64,000 nt of DNA from an uncultured Acidobacteriota bacterium. Lineage in GTDB: Bacteria > Acidobacteriota > Terriglobia > UBA7540. Where the stretch lies: positions 1,088,001-1,152,000 of the forward strand of contig CAWDSK010000005.1 of assembly GCA_963804995.1 (NCBI GenBank), in the 5' to 3' direction. The notes beneath the pieces are model-generated. The model saw only the letters and a program-made list of their open reading frames with translations, made no database searches and was not told the origin of the DNA. Of this stretch, positions 50,851-61,453 are shown piece after piece (the first letter of the stretch is position 1; every line of letters starts with the position of its first letter). The position numbers and the translations under genes are program-made.

Positions 50851-53039
50851 TGGTTATTGGGCTGGCCGTCCCGGCAGTGATGCTAATGCCGCAGCGGACA
50901 GACTGGTAGTTTCCCTGGATGGCACTTGGAAGGTGGCGGATAGCATATCGGCCGTTGACATCCCGTCGTCGTTTGATCATGTTGCGCCCGTGCCCGGCAT
51001 GGCGAACCTGGCCACGCCGCCTTTCCCAGAACGTCGACGCCTATCTCAGCCGCGAGAACATTGCCGATCGGCGATTCTTTAAAGTGCAGCCGGAGTCTGA
51101 ACTGGCAAAACTCGTTCCCGGACCTCGCCAGAGGCGAAATTACTTCTGGTTCCGGAAGACCTTCCGATTACCCGCCAAAAAGGAACTCGCGGTTTTGAAG
51201 ATCAATAAGGCCCAATTTGGCACGGCAGTCTGGCTGAACGGGAAGAAAATCGGCGATCATTACGGTTGCTTCACCGCGGGTTACTTCAATCTGACGGAGG
51301 CGATTAACTGGAGCGGAGACAACCAGCTCACTGTCCGTATTGGGGCCCATCCAGCGGCAGCCCCGTCCTGGGTCCCCACGGGGATCGATTTTGAGAAAAA
51401 CAAATGGACGCCCGGCATTTATGACTCCGTGGAGTTGCACCTGTGCGACAACCCGGTGATTGAAACTCTTCAAGTTGCCGCGCACATTAACCCGCGAGAA
51501 ATTGTTGTCCAAACCAAGATCAAAAACTACGGAGATCCCGGCTCATTCGTTCTTGCGCACAAAGTAAAAGCGTGGAAGGACCAACGGCTGGTTGCTGAGC
51601 CCCAGTCTCAATCATTCTCCCTTGGCCTGGGGGAAGAGAAGACCTTGACGGAGACCATTCCGCTCCCTGGCGCCGAGCTGTGGACTCCTGAGAACCCATT
51701 TCTATATCAGTTGGAGACGAGTACGGGCGGGGATTCTGTTTCTACGCGCTTTGGCGTGCGCGAGTTTCGATTCGACACCGCAACGAAACGAGCCTATCTG
51801 AACGGCAAAGTTTACTTCATGAGAGGGTCCAATATCACCTTGCGCCGCTTTTTTGATGATCCCCTGTGTCGTGGCTTACCGTGGGACGAAGCATGGCTAA
51901 GAAAGCTGCTGGTTGAGATTCCCAAGCGGATGAACTGGAACAGCTTCCGCTTCTGCATTGGGCCGGTGCCGGACAAGTGGCTGGCTATTGCCGACGAAGC
52001 GGGATTGCTAATCCAGAATGAGTATTTCATATAGACCTTGACTGAAGACTTCATTCAACAGGACTACCTTAAGAAATGGAGCAAGGACGAACTGATTCGA
52101 GAGTACCGGGAATGGATGCGCGATAACTGGAATCACCCGAGCGTGGTCATCTGGGACGCAACCAACGAGACGGTAGCTGATGTTTTTGGTGATGAGATTA
52201 TCCCCGCGGTGCGCCCGCTGGATCTGTCCAACCGCCCTTGGGAGAATAGCTGGAACGTCCCTGAGGGCCCTGACGATCCGATGGAGAGTCATCCCTATCT
52301 GTTCGCCACCTTTGGTCAACCCCCGTCTTTCCAGATGACCGATTTGGAAAGGATGAACGGGGCTGAACCTGCACCGGTCTCAGGGTTCGGGACTGGACAT
52401 GCAAGGATTCTTAACGAATACGGTTGGCTCTGGCTGACCCGTGACGGCACACCCACGGCAGTCTCGAAGCCCGTCTACGACAAGCTGCTGGGACCCAATG
52501 CGACGGGCGCGGAGAGACTGGAGCTCAATGCTTATCTGCTGGCGGGATTAACGGAATTCTGGCGGGCCCACCGGAACTTCGCGGGTGTCCTCCACTTCGT
52601 CTACCTCTCGTCCAATTATCCTGGAGTCTATACTGCGGACCATTTCCAAGATATTGACAAACTCGTGCTTGAGCCACACTTCAAGAACTACCTCCGCGAA
52701 GCCTTCAGGCCCCTCGGAGTGTATATCGACTTCTGGCATCCCACGCTCAACGCCGGTTCGAAAAGACGATTCTTCGTCATGATGGTTAATGATGCCTACG
52801 AGGATGTCAAGGGCAGCCTAGTGCGAACTCTTCACCGGACAGATGGCGCGGAGTCTGCTCGTGCCGAGGTTCCCTTCGCCATACCAGGCCTGGGTGCGCA
52901 AACTTACAAGCTTGATCTGAAACTGCCTGATGCACCCGGAAACTTCCTCCTGAAAGCGATAGCCTACCCTTCAGGCGCGAGCTCCACTAGTCCTACGGTG
53001 AGCAGGCGTAAAGTGGCCCTCACCACAAAGCAGAGCTGA
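50851..53039 (+). pseudogene. GH2-family glycoside hydrolase: 5'-truncated at the IS, +1 frameshift at about 51030, nonsense TAG at 52032-52034
   Basis: SLDGTW..VPG, WFRKTF, VWLNG, LWTPENPFLY, RFGVREF, LNGK..RG, DEAGLL, NHPSVVIW..NE, NEYGW. Confidence 0.85.
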
Positions 53040-53109
53040 CGCGGACCGTCTGGACCCGCACTGTTTCTGCTTCCCCAGTCTCTAGTTCACGTATGTTGAT
53101 TTGAAAATG

Positions 53110-53335
53110 GCGCTCGCCGACGGATCACACCCATCAGGTTGGAAATGACCGGTTGGTGGCGGCCGTCTCAAATTACGGCTACGTCCAGGTGCGGCAAGAT
53201 GAAGGGTCGCCGAAATTCCTCAACGACTACGCTCCCGAGCTCGGTCAGTATGGGGGCGGAAGCGGCTACCTCTCCGACGGCAAAAAGGTGCTCAGCACCT
53301 ACTATCCTGGCAATGCCCAGACGTTCGACCGGACC
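53110..53335 (+). pseudogene. Orphan internal coding fragment, possibly from a GH94-like glycoside phosphorylase
   Basis: HQVGNDRLVAAVSNYGYVQVRQDEGSPKFLNDY..GGGSGYL looks like real coding sequence but has no start or proper end. Confidence 0.35.
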
Positions 53336-53375
53336 CTACCAGGCGGGCTGCATCTGAGCTTTTGGACGCATCGGC

Positions 53376-54707
53376 TCAGTAGGCCATAAGGTATCGATCA
53401 ATCTCCCATTCGCTGACGCTCCGTTGATACTGTACCCATTCTTCCGTCTTCACCTGAATGTAGTAGGAAGTGAAGTCGTTTCCCAAGGCTTGAGTGAGGA
53501 CGGCATCGTTCTCCAAATGATGAAGCGCTTCACGCAAGCTCATGGGAAGCAACTGGATGCCACGGGACGCGAGCTCTCTTTCGGGGGTTTCATACAGGTT
53601 GCTGGTGTTGGCGGGGCCGGGGTCCATTTTATGCTCGATCCCGTCCAGTCCGGCCGCCAGGAGCGCGGCGATCGCCAGGTAAGGATTGGCGGCGCCATCG
53701 ACAGCGCGGTTTTCAATCCGGCCTGGCCCGGGAAGGCGGATCATCTGGGTGCGATTGGAGGGGCCGTAGGTGATGTAAACCGGAGCCCAAGTCGCCCCCG
53801 AGCGCGGCCTTCCGGGAACCAGGCGCTTATAACTGTTCACCAGCGGCGAGGTTATTGCGCAGAGGCTTTGCGCGTGGTGCAGGACTCCCGCCATGAACGC
53901 GCGGCCGAAGTGGGATAGGCCGAATTCATCGGTTTCATCCAGGAATAAATTTTTGCCGGTTTCCGCGTCCGCCAGGCTGAGATGAAAATGCGCGCCGTTG
54001 CCGGTGAGATGTGAAAACGGCTTGGGCATAAAAGTGGCTAGCAAGCCGTGCTGCTCGGCGATGGTGCGAACCATCCACTTGAAGAACGTATGGCGGTCGG
54101 CGCTGGTCAGCCCGTTCGAGTAAACCCAGTTGATCTCAAATTGGCAGTTGGCGTCTTCATGGTCGTTGGCGTAAGGGTCCCAGCCCATCTCCTGCATGTA
54201 ACGCAGGAGGGTGGTCATGATATCCAGGTTGCGGTAGAGCGCGCGCAGATCATAGCAGGGCTTTCCGGCCGTATCGAGTGGATCCCAGGGATGGTATCGG
54301 CCGTGCTCATTTTTCTTCAGCAGCATGAACTCGGCTTCGATTCCGACGTTGAGAATGTATCCCTTCTCCCGAAGGACTTCGAGGCTGTGAGAAAGAATGG
54401 TGCGCGGGCAGTAGGGCCACGGATGTCCATTCACGTGCAGGTTGCCGGGCACCCAGGCGACGTTTTTCTGCCAGGGCAGGATGGTGAGCGATTTGAAGTC
54501 GGGGATGCTCACCACATCGGGGTCGTGCGGGCCCTGGTTCAGATCGCCGGCGGCAAAGCCCGCAAACCCGGCGCCTTCCCGCGCCATTTCCTCGCGATGA
54601 GTGGCGGGCACGACCTTGGCCTTGGGAGCTCCCGCCAATTCGACGAAGGAACACAGAAAGAACTCGATGTCTTTTTCGGATACCGGTGGCACTGGGTGAT
54701 TGTTCAT
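53376..54707 (-). CDS. gmaS: Gamma-glutamylmethylamide synthetase (GlnT/type III glutamine synthetase-like)
   Basis: AKVVP, GAGFAGFA, KPCYD, NDHEDANCQFE, ATFMPKPF..GNGAH, SGATWAP, NRTQMIR, DGAANPYL; operon context. Confidence 0.88.
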   Translation of the reverse strand: MNNHPVPPVSEKDIEFFLCSFVELAGAPKAKVVPATHREEMAREGAGFAGFAAGDLNQGPHDPDVVSIPDFKSLTILPWQKNVAWVPGNLHVNGHPWPYCPRTILSHSLEVLREKGYILNVGIEAEFMLLKKNEHGRYHPWDPLDTAGKPCYDLRALYRNLDIMTTLLRYMQEMGWDPYANDHEDANCQFEINWVYSNGLTSADRHTFFKWMVRTIAEQHGLLATFMPKPFSHLTGNGAHFHLSLADAETGKNLFLDETDEFGLSHFGRAFMAGVLHHAQSLCAITSPLVNSYKRLVPGRPRSGATWAPVYITYGPSNRTQMIRLPGPGRIENRAVDGAANPYLAIAALLAAGLDGIEHKMDPGPANTSNLYETPERELASRGIQLLPMSLREALHHLENDAVLTQALGNDFTSYYIQVKTEEWVQYQRSVSEWEIDRYLMAY

Positions 54708-54724
54708 GCGCTCCTCCTCTTGGT

Positions 54725-55940
54725 TTATGAAGAAACCGCGGCGGCGGCCTTTTCTCCCACCAGTTGCCCGGCCTCAAATCGAGCTGGGGAGAACGGCTCG
54801 ATGAGTTTGGGTGTTTTGCCGGTGGCGATCAATTCCGCCGTACATTTTCCGGCGATGGGAGCGGCCTTAAACCCGTAGGTCCCCCATCCCACATCCATGT
54901 AAAAGTTTTTCACTTCCTGGGCCCTACCAATAATGGGAGCGTAGTCCGGCGTCATGTCGCACACCCCCGCCCATTGGCGCAGCACACGCAGGCCATGCAG
55001 TTGCGGGAACAGTTCCAGCGTGTAGGTGGCCATCTGCTCGAGTCGTCGGAAGCGTTCCCTTCAGGCTGTAGGACTGGTAGGGACCGATCTCCGCGCCAAT
55101 CACCAGTTCTCCCTTGTCGGTCTGGTTCACGTAAACGTGCAGCGTGGCGGAAACGATCACCTTGTTGAGAAAAGGCTTCAAGGGTTCGGTGACGCAGGCT
55201 TGCAGCGGGTGACTGACCACCTGCAAAGGTACTCCAGCCATCTTCGAAATCGTGGAAGCCCAACCGGCCGTGGCATTCAGCACGGCGCCCGCCGCAACTT
55301 CACCACGATCCGTGAGCACAGCCTGAACCTTGCCATTCTCAACGCGCATTCCCGTGACCGTCGTGTACGGGTGAATTTCAATCCCCATCCGGTCGCAGGC
55401 CCGCGCCAGGCCCCACACCACAGCGTCGTGGCGGATAATGCCGCCGGGCGGATGATACAACGCCGCCAACACGGGGTAGCGGGGCCGCCGACTGAGGTCC
55501 ATGGAGGGCACCAGGCGGCGAATGTCTTCGGGATAAACCATCCGGCTGTCGATTCCGAGCGCCTGGTTGTTTTCGGCCCGGATGCGCAAGCCCGTCACCG
55601 CTGAGTCCGTATGCCCGAGGGTCAGGTGACCGCACTGGCTGAACAGCAGATTCCATTCCAGCTCTTGCGAAAGATTTTCATAGAGCTTCACGGAGGCGTC
55701 GTAGAAACGAATGCCTTCCGGCGTGCGGTAATTGGAGCGGATGATGGCGGTGTTGCGGCCGCTGCTGCCGCTTCCCAGGTAGCCTTTGTCGAGCAGCGCG
55801 ACGTTGCGAAAACCGTGCTGCGAACCGAGGTAGTAAGCCGTAGCGAGCCCGTGCACACCTGCGCCCACAATTACCAGGTCGTAGCGCGGTTTCAGCTCCG
55901 GCCGCTGCCACATTCGCTCTTTTTTGAACAGTCGAAACAT
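54725..55940 (-). CDS. mgdA: N-methylglutamate dehydrogenase subunit A / sarcosine oxidase beta-like; +1 frameshift at about 55043
   Basis: GAGVHGLATAYYL, GRNTAIIRSNY, RHDAVVWG, PLQACVTEP, RQWAG, GWGTYGFKA, EKAAAAVS. Confidence 0.85.
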
Positions 55941-56047
55941 GATCGGTCTCGCGAGCACTACTGCTTTCCGCGTTCTGCTTTTCCCGACTGGGTCGGGACT
56001 CGCAAAACGCGCTCGCTGCCTACTGCTTTCTGCCTTCTGCTTACTGC

Positions 56048-56656
56048 TTACTGCTTACTGCCTTCTACCAATCGTTGCGTTTCGACCCCAAACGGCGTGA
56101 TCTGGAACTCATGCCCGGCGTGCAGCACCGACTCCCACACACTTTCACCATATTCCCGGCTCACCAGGAGGTGATACGCCGGAATACCTGCCAGATCCTG
56201 GCGCAAAACCATGGCGTGAACGTGCGCCACGGTCGTCTGCGCGCAAGTCAGGTTGCCCCGCGCGGTTTCAGAAAGATCGAGCGAGGTCAGCTTATTCAAG
56301 ACATCTCGACTGCGAGGCCCTGCCAGCATCAACTGCGCGTAGACCGAGGTCACGTCGGTAACATAGAGGGGCGCCGGTGACGAAGCATCCGTCCCGACAT
56401 TCTGAAATTGTCGCAGCCGCTCCCGCAACGCATCCTGCACCGGCGGTTCGCACGTGGCCAAGTACTGCAGCCGTCCCAGGGGCCACAAGAATGCCGTAGG
56501 CCCGAGCTCGGGAGGGTGCTTCAGGCCGTGACCCTGTAAGTTGAATTTCGACATCCAACTCACATCGGCCAAACCTACGGATTCACGCAACCGCGCAGCC
56601 TCCTCGGCCGGAGCCCCGAAGGAGGCGGGAACTTGCCAGCCATGATGTGCGATCAT
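56048..56656 (-). CDS. mgdD: N-methylglutamate dehydrogenase subunit D / sarcosine oxidase gamma-like (GcvT-related)
   Basis: GWQVP, GLADVS, TDVTS..LAGPRSRDVL.KLTSLDL, AQT; the frame extends upstream (LIKQTALFHTH) to a repeat at 56710. Confidence 0.78.
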   Translation of the reverse strand: MIAHHGWQVPASFGAPAEEAARLRESVGLADVSWMSKFNLQGHGLKHPPELGPTAFLWPLGRLQYLATCEPPVQDALRERLRQFQNVGTDASSPAPLYVTDVTSVYAQLMLAGPRSRDVLNKLTSLDLSETARGNLTCAQTTVAHVHAMVLRQDLAGIPAYHLLVSREYGESVWESVLHAGHEFQITPFGVETQRLVEGSKQ

Positions 56657-56709
56657 CGTGGCCCCGCGTTCGCGATGCGTGTGGAATAGCGCCGTTTGCT
56701 TAATGAGAT

Positions 56710-56819
56710 GCCTTTTGGATTGCGGTAGCAGCAGCTACCGCCTTTTCTTCCCCTATCCACCTTAGCCGCATGAACCGAACGATGAAGGCGGTAGCTGCTG
56801 CTACCGCAATCCAAAAGGC
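56710..56819. repeat. Palindromic REP-like element between mgdC and mgdD
   Basis: GCCTTTTGGATTGCGGTAGCAGCAGCTACCGCCTT and its exact inverted copy. Confidence 0.88.
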
Positions 56820-56827
56820 GGCCAATT

Positions 56828-59486
56828 TCACATCCGCAACCGCGCCCCTTCCGGATCATAGAACGCCTGCTCAGTGATCCTGGCGCGCGCCAACCCTCCG
56901 CCTACTCGCACATCCACTTCAGATCCCTCGCCGGCCATTTCCGCTGGTACCCAGGCCAGGCCGATCGCCTTCCGGGTGTGGGGTGAGAACCGAACGCTGG
57001 TAACTCTTCCGGCCAGTTGGCCATTAACCAGGATGGCCGCACCGTCTTCCGGCAGGACGTCTTCTTTCATGACAAAGCCCGCCAGTTTCTGCTGGGGCGG
57101 CTGACCGGCCAGACGAGTGAGCGCCGTACGCCCAATGAAGTCTTCTTTATCCAGCTTGGGCGCCCACGCCATGCCCGCCTCGTAAGGATTGGTTAAGGCA
57201 TCGCTATCGACGCCCACGATGACATGCCGTTTCTCCAGGCGGAGTAGTCGTTGGGCTTCAATCCCAAAAGGCCTGATTTCGAACTTGCGCCCCGCTTCGA
57301 GCAAAGCTTTCCACAAGTCCGGTCCAGACTCAGCGGGGAAATGAATCTCCCAGCCGGTTTCCCCCACAAAGCCGATGCGCATCAAAATGGCCTCGACCCC
57401 TGCCACTCGCGTGCTGCGGCACGCCATGTAGGGGAAAGCCTGGGTGCTCAGGTCGCAATCCGTCAAGGGGGCGAGCACCTTACGCGCCTTCGGCCCCGCC
57501 AGGTTCACGGCCGCCAGGCCCGCGGTGAGATTCGTGATGTAAACATCCCAGCCGGTTCCCACCAGCCACCACTTCATCCACTGATTCACGAAGTCCAAAT
57601 TTCCCGTGGTCGTGGTTACGAAGAAGTGATCGTCAGCCAGGCGCGAAACCGTGCCATCATCCAGCATGATTCCGGCTTCATCGCAGAGGATGCCGTAGCG
57701 TACCCGGCCCGGACGGAGGTCCGACAACCGCCCCGCGTAAATCTTGTTCGAGCAACTTCCCGACGTCCTTGCCCTGGAGTTCAAGTTTGCCCAGCGTGCT
57801 CACGTCGATCAGTCCCACGCGTTCCCGAACCGCCCGGTACTCCTGTTCGACGCACTGTTTCTCACTTGCGCCCTTGGGTGCCTCGTAATAACGGGGCCGC
57901 TTCCACTCTCCCATGTCGAGCCACACCGCGCCTGACTCATCATGCTCATAGTGCATGGGAGTGCGGCGCGTGGGATGATGCCGCGCCCCCCCGAGCGCCC
58001 CCAGCGTGACGCCGGGGTTGGGAGGCCGCGCGGTGGTGACGCCGGTTCCGGCCATGCTCCGACCGGTTTGGCGCGCGCACACACTGATGGCAGGCAACTG
58101 GCACATCCGGCCCTGACAGGGGCCCATCGTGGTGGTGGTGTACCGCTTCAGCGTCTCGATATGATCGAAGCCCTCCTCGATGGCATCGGTAAGGTCCTGT
58201 GAGCTGACATCGGAGCACAGGCAAACGAAGGCGCGCTTGTCCCTGGGATCGTGCTCCGGAGGTATCGGTAACGGGGCGAGGAGTGATTCACCCATCACCT
58301 CGCCCACCGCACCGATGTTCGCGGGAAGATCCGTGGGAATGAAGGCGCCCTTAGTGTCATCCCACAGCAAGCGCGCTCCGGCTTGATTCAGCAGGCCGGC
58401 GTCAGGAATCCGGTGGCCGCAGACCACCACCAGGTCACATCTATACCGGGCATCGCGGGTTTCGATGCCGGTGACGCGGTTATGGCCAAGGGCTTTCACC
58501 ACAGATTCCGGCGGGACGGTGGCGGCAACTTGAACCCCAACCTCGCGCAGGTCCGCCACCACGGCCGCTTCCAGGGGACTTCGGGCGATGACCACGGCCA
58601 CTTTGCCGGGCGTGATTCCGTGCAGCCGGATCAGCCGCTGGACAGCGGTTGAGAGCATGATGCCCACCAGATCATTGTTGGGGAAAAGCAGGGGAGACTC
58701 GTAGGCGCCCGTGGCCACCACCACGTGTTTGGCCCGCAGGTGAATCAAGCGCTCCGGGTCCTCGGGATCCTTACGAGGCTCAACAATGCCCAGCAGGTTG
58801 CCTTCGTACAGGCCAAAGCAGTAGCACCCTTTGAGGATCTGGATGTTGGGGTGGTTTTGAACTTGAGCAATCATCCCGGCCAGTGAATCGTCCGCTTTTT
58901 TTGCGAAGCGCAGGTGGCCGCCCAGTTCCGGCTGGTCATCAATCAGCGTAACCCGCATGCTCCGCGCGGCCAGCTCGAGGGCGGATTTAAGGCCCGCCGG
59001 GCCGCCTCCGATTATCGCCACTTCCGCATGACGATGGCCATGTTCGTAATTTCCATTGATGCTATCGTTTGAAGGCACGTCACCCAGGCCTGCAACCTTG
59101 CGAACGAAAGGCTCGGCGGCGTGCCACAGGCGGGGATTCGTCATCGTCTTGTAGTACCACCCCACCGGCATCAGCCAGTCGAAGCGTTGCACGATCACCA
59201 GCCAATCATGGTCGAGCGAGGGATACGCGTTCTGGTGCGTTACGCGCATTCCGGCACGGACGGGAGTCATGCAGGTGCGGACGTTGGGGGTTCCGTCCAC
59301 ATTCATCAGGCAATTGGGACACTTGCCTGAAAGACACAGCAAGCCGCGGGGACGGTGGTACTTGAAGCTCCGGGTGAAGATGCGCTGGCCGGAACGATAC
59401 AGCGCGGAAGCAACCGTGTCGCCGGGGCGCGCCGTGACCGGCTTGCCGTTAAATTCAAATGTCAGTTCGCCCGAGGGTTCACTCAC
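56828..59486 (-). CDS. mgdC: N-methylglutamate dehydrogenase subunit C / sarcosine oxidase alpha-like; +1 frameshift at about 57750
   Basis: GDTVASAL..RSFKYHRPRG, GGGPAGL, LKRYT..MGPCQG, DVSTLGK, DDGT, GFVGETGWE, LRLEK, FYDPEG. Confidence 0.87.
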
Positions 59487-59743
59487 GTTGTTTCTTCAGG
59501 AAAAAAGGATTCATGGACTTCGTTGGTCACGGTGTTTCTTCGTGCTTGAAACCACTGGCGGCAACCGGAGCGGTGGAACCACCACTCTGTTTGCTCGCCC
59601 GCCTCGTTAACTTTTGTATAGGTATAGTTCACCCAGTCTGCTTGCGGAGCGCCGGGGACGGGGCGTTGCTTGACCTCGCCGCCAAATCGGAATTCATAGA
59701 CGCTGCGATTGCCGCAATGAGGACAGTGCACTAGAAACGACAC
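59483..59743 (-). CDS. mgdB: N-methylglutamate dehydrogenase subunit B / sarcosine oxidase delta-like
   Basis: CPHCGNR..EF.FGG, EWWFHRSGCRQWF..RNTVTNE zinc motif. Confidence 0.9.
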   Translation of the reverse strand: MSFLVHCPHCGNRSVYEFRFGGEVKQRPVPGAPQADWVNYTYTKVNEAGEQTEWWFHRSGCRQWFQARRNTVTNEVHESFFPEETT

Positions 59744-59761
59744 AAGCTTGCTCCTTCCGGT

Positions 59762-60099
59762 GTGCCACGGGCGTCCGAAGGTGTGGAAAAATCGTCTAAA
59801 ACCTTCTTACCGCAGAGACGCTGAGGCGCAGAGGAATGAAAATAAAGGTCTTTTTCTCTGCGCCTCAGCGTCTCTGCGGTAAAAATACTATTTCTTCACA
59901 CCTTCCGAGCTAAACACGCTGCGGAAAAGCCCATCACACTGTCATCCTGAGCCCTTCGCTGTCATCCTGAGCGCAGCGAAGGACCTCGGTATTTCGCTCA
60001 GGGTAAACTGCATGAAGGACCCCGGTATTTGAATTTTCAAGCAAATACAGAGGTCCTTCGCTGCGCTCAGGATGACAGCATTTGAGCTTTTTCCACAGT
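59762..60099. repeat. Second nested MITE/REP composite, inside the NMG operon
   Basis: GTGCCACGGGCGTCC followed by GAAGGTGTG..CACACCTTC (59777-59905) with an internal ACCGCAGAGACGCTGAGGCGCAGAG palindrome; then CTGCGGAAAA..TTTTCCACAG enclosing TGTCATCCTGAGCGCAGCGAAGGA..TCCTTCGCTGCGCTCAGGATGACA. Confidence 0.85.
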
Positions 60100-60118
60100 C
60101 CATAAACCCTGGCGCTAC

Positions 60119-61450
60119 TTAAATCCGCGCAACTCTCCGCGTTCCTGCCAAAGGTATCCCGCAAATGGCCGAGGCTTCCAGCGTAAGCGCCGCCATGTCC
60201 TCCGGCTCCAGGTGGTGCACATCTGACTTCCCGCAGGCCCGCGCCAACATTTGAATCTCCGCCGTCATGACGCGCAGAAGATTGGCAACGCGTTCCGCGG
60301 CCTGATCAATATCCAGGCGTTCCATCAATTTGGGGTCCTGTGTGGTGACGCCCACCGGGCAGCGTCCGGTATGGCAGTGGTGGCAATACCCGGGTTCAGT
60401 GCCAAGCTGGTGATAATCGTCCACATGCAGTGCCTTGTTGCAATTCAAGGCGATCAGCGCGGCGGTGCCGATGTAGACTGCGTCCGCTCCCAGCGCGATG
60501 GCCTTGGCGGCGTCTGCCCCATCCCGAATCCCGCCCGCGATGATGAGTTGAACTTCCCCGTATTGCCCGCAATCTTCGAGCGCCGCGCGAGCTTCCGAAA
60601 CCGCCGCCAAGGTTGGCAGGCCGCAGTGTTCCTGAAAAATCGCCGGCGAGGCGCCCGTTCCGCCTTCCATGCCATCCACCACAATGACATCGGCGCCGGC
60701 TTTGGCCGCGAGCTTTACGTCATCGAAGACCCGGCTGGCGCCCATCTTTACAAAGATGGGGACTTCCCAGTCCGTCGCCTCGCGCAGTTCTTCGATTTTA
60801 ACAATCATGTCGTCCGGGCCCAGGAAATCCGGGTGCCGCGCCGGGCTACGCTGATCCACTCCGACCGGAAGATCGCGCTGGCGGGCGATGGTCTCCGACA
60901 CTTTTGAACCTAGCAGCAGGCCGCCCGTGCCAGGTTTCGCGCCCTGCCCGACTGTGAGTTCAATGGCGTCAGCCCTCCGCATATCGTGGATATTGATTCC
61001 ATACCGCGAGGGCAGCACTTCGTAAATCAGCGTCTTGCTGTTTTCGCGTTCCGCCCCTAACATGCCGCCGTCACCGGTGGTGTTGGAGGAGCCCACCATG
61101 GCCGCGCCACGCGCCAGTGCGACCTTGGCGTTGTAGGAAAGCGCTCCCCAGCTCATCCCCGTAATCATCACCGGAATATCCAGCACGATGGGTTTGCGCG
61201 CATGGCGCTTTCCCAGCACCGTTTTGGTTGAGCACTTTTCCCGATAGCCTTCCAGCGGAATACGAGTTAATGAGCAGGGAAGGAAAGTGAGATCGTCAAA
61301 GGTCGCCCAGGTGCGCGGACGCAACGTGCCATACCCGCGCATGCGATACAGGCCGGATTCCGCTTTGGCCTGGATATCCTCGATGACCTCAGGCCGGAAG
61401 GTCCCGCTGGGCTGCAGCGGCCGGTTCGGAACATGGGGATCGTCAGGCAT
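60119..61450 (-). CDS. mgsC: N-methylglutamate synthase subunit C (FMN-binding glutamate synthase-like)
   Basis: RIPLEGYREKC, GMSWGALS, TTGDGGM, GQGAKPGTGG, RHPD, DGMEGGT, CHHCHTGRCPVG. Confidence 0.9.
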   Translation of the reverse strand: MPDDPHVPNRPLQPSGTFRPEVIEDIQAKAESGLYRMRGYGTLRPRTWATFDDLTFLPCSLTRIPLEGYREKCSTKTVLGKRHARKPIVLDIPVMITGMSWGALSYNAKVALARGAAMVGSSNTTGDGGMLGAERENSKTLIYEVLPSRYGINIHDMRRADAIELTVGQGAKPGTGGLLLGSKVSETIARQRDLPVGVDQRSPARHPDFLGPDDMIVKIEELREATDWEVPIFVKMGASRVFDDVKLAAKAGADVIVVDGMEGGTGASPAIFQEHCGLPTLAAVSEARAALEDCGQYGEVQLIIAGGIRDGADAAKAIALGADAVYIGTAALIALNCNKALHVDDYHQLGTEPGYCHHCHTGRCPVGVTTQDPKLMERLDIDQAAERVANLLRVMTAEIQMLARACGKSDVHHLEPEDMAALTLEASAICGIPLAGTRRVARI

Positions 61451-61453
61451 CAA

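Noticed and set aside
52032..52034. TAG as pyrrolysine or a recoded stop (also TAA at 17620)
   Set aside because: Each is one transition from TGG or CAA in genes with other lesions; TAG is used as a normal stop elsewhere in the window.
54725..59743. Annotation as plain sarcosine oxidase soxBDAG
   Set aside because: Co-location with mgsABC and a GmaS-like gene favours N-methylglutamate dehydrogenase, though sequence alone cannot exclude sarcosine activity.
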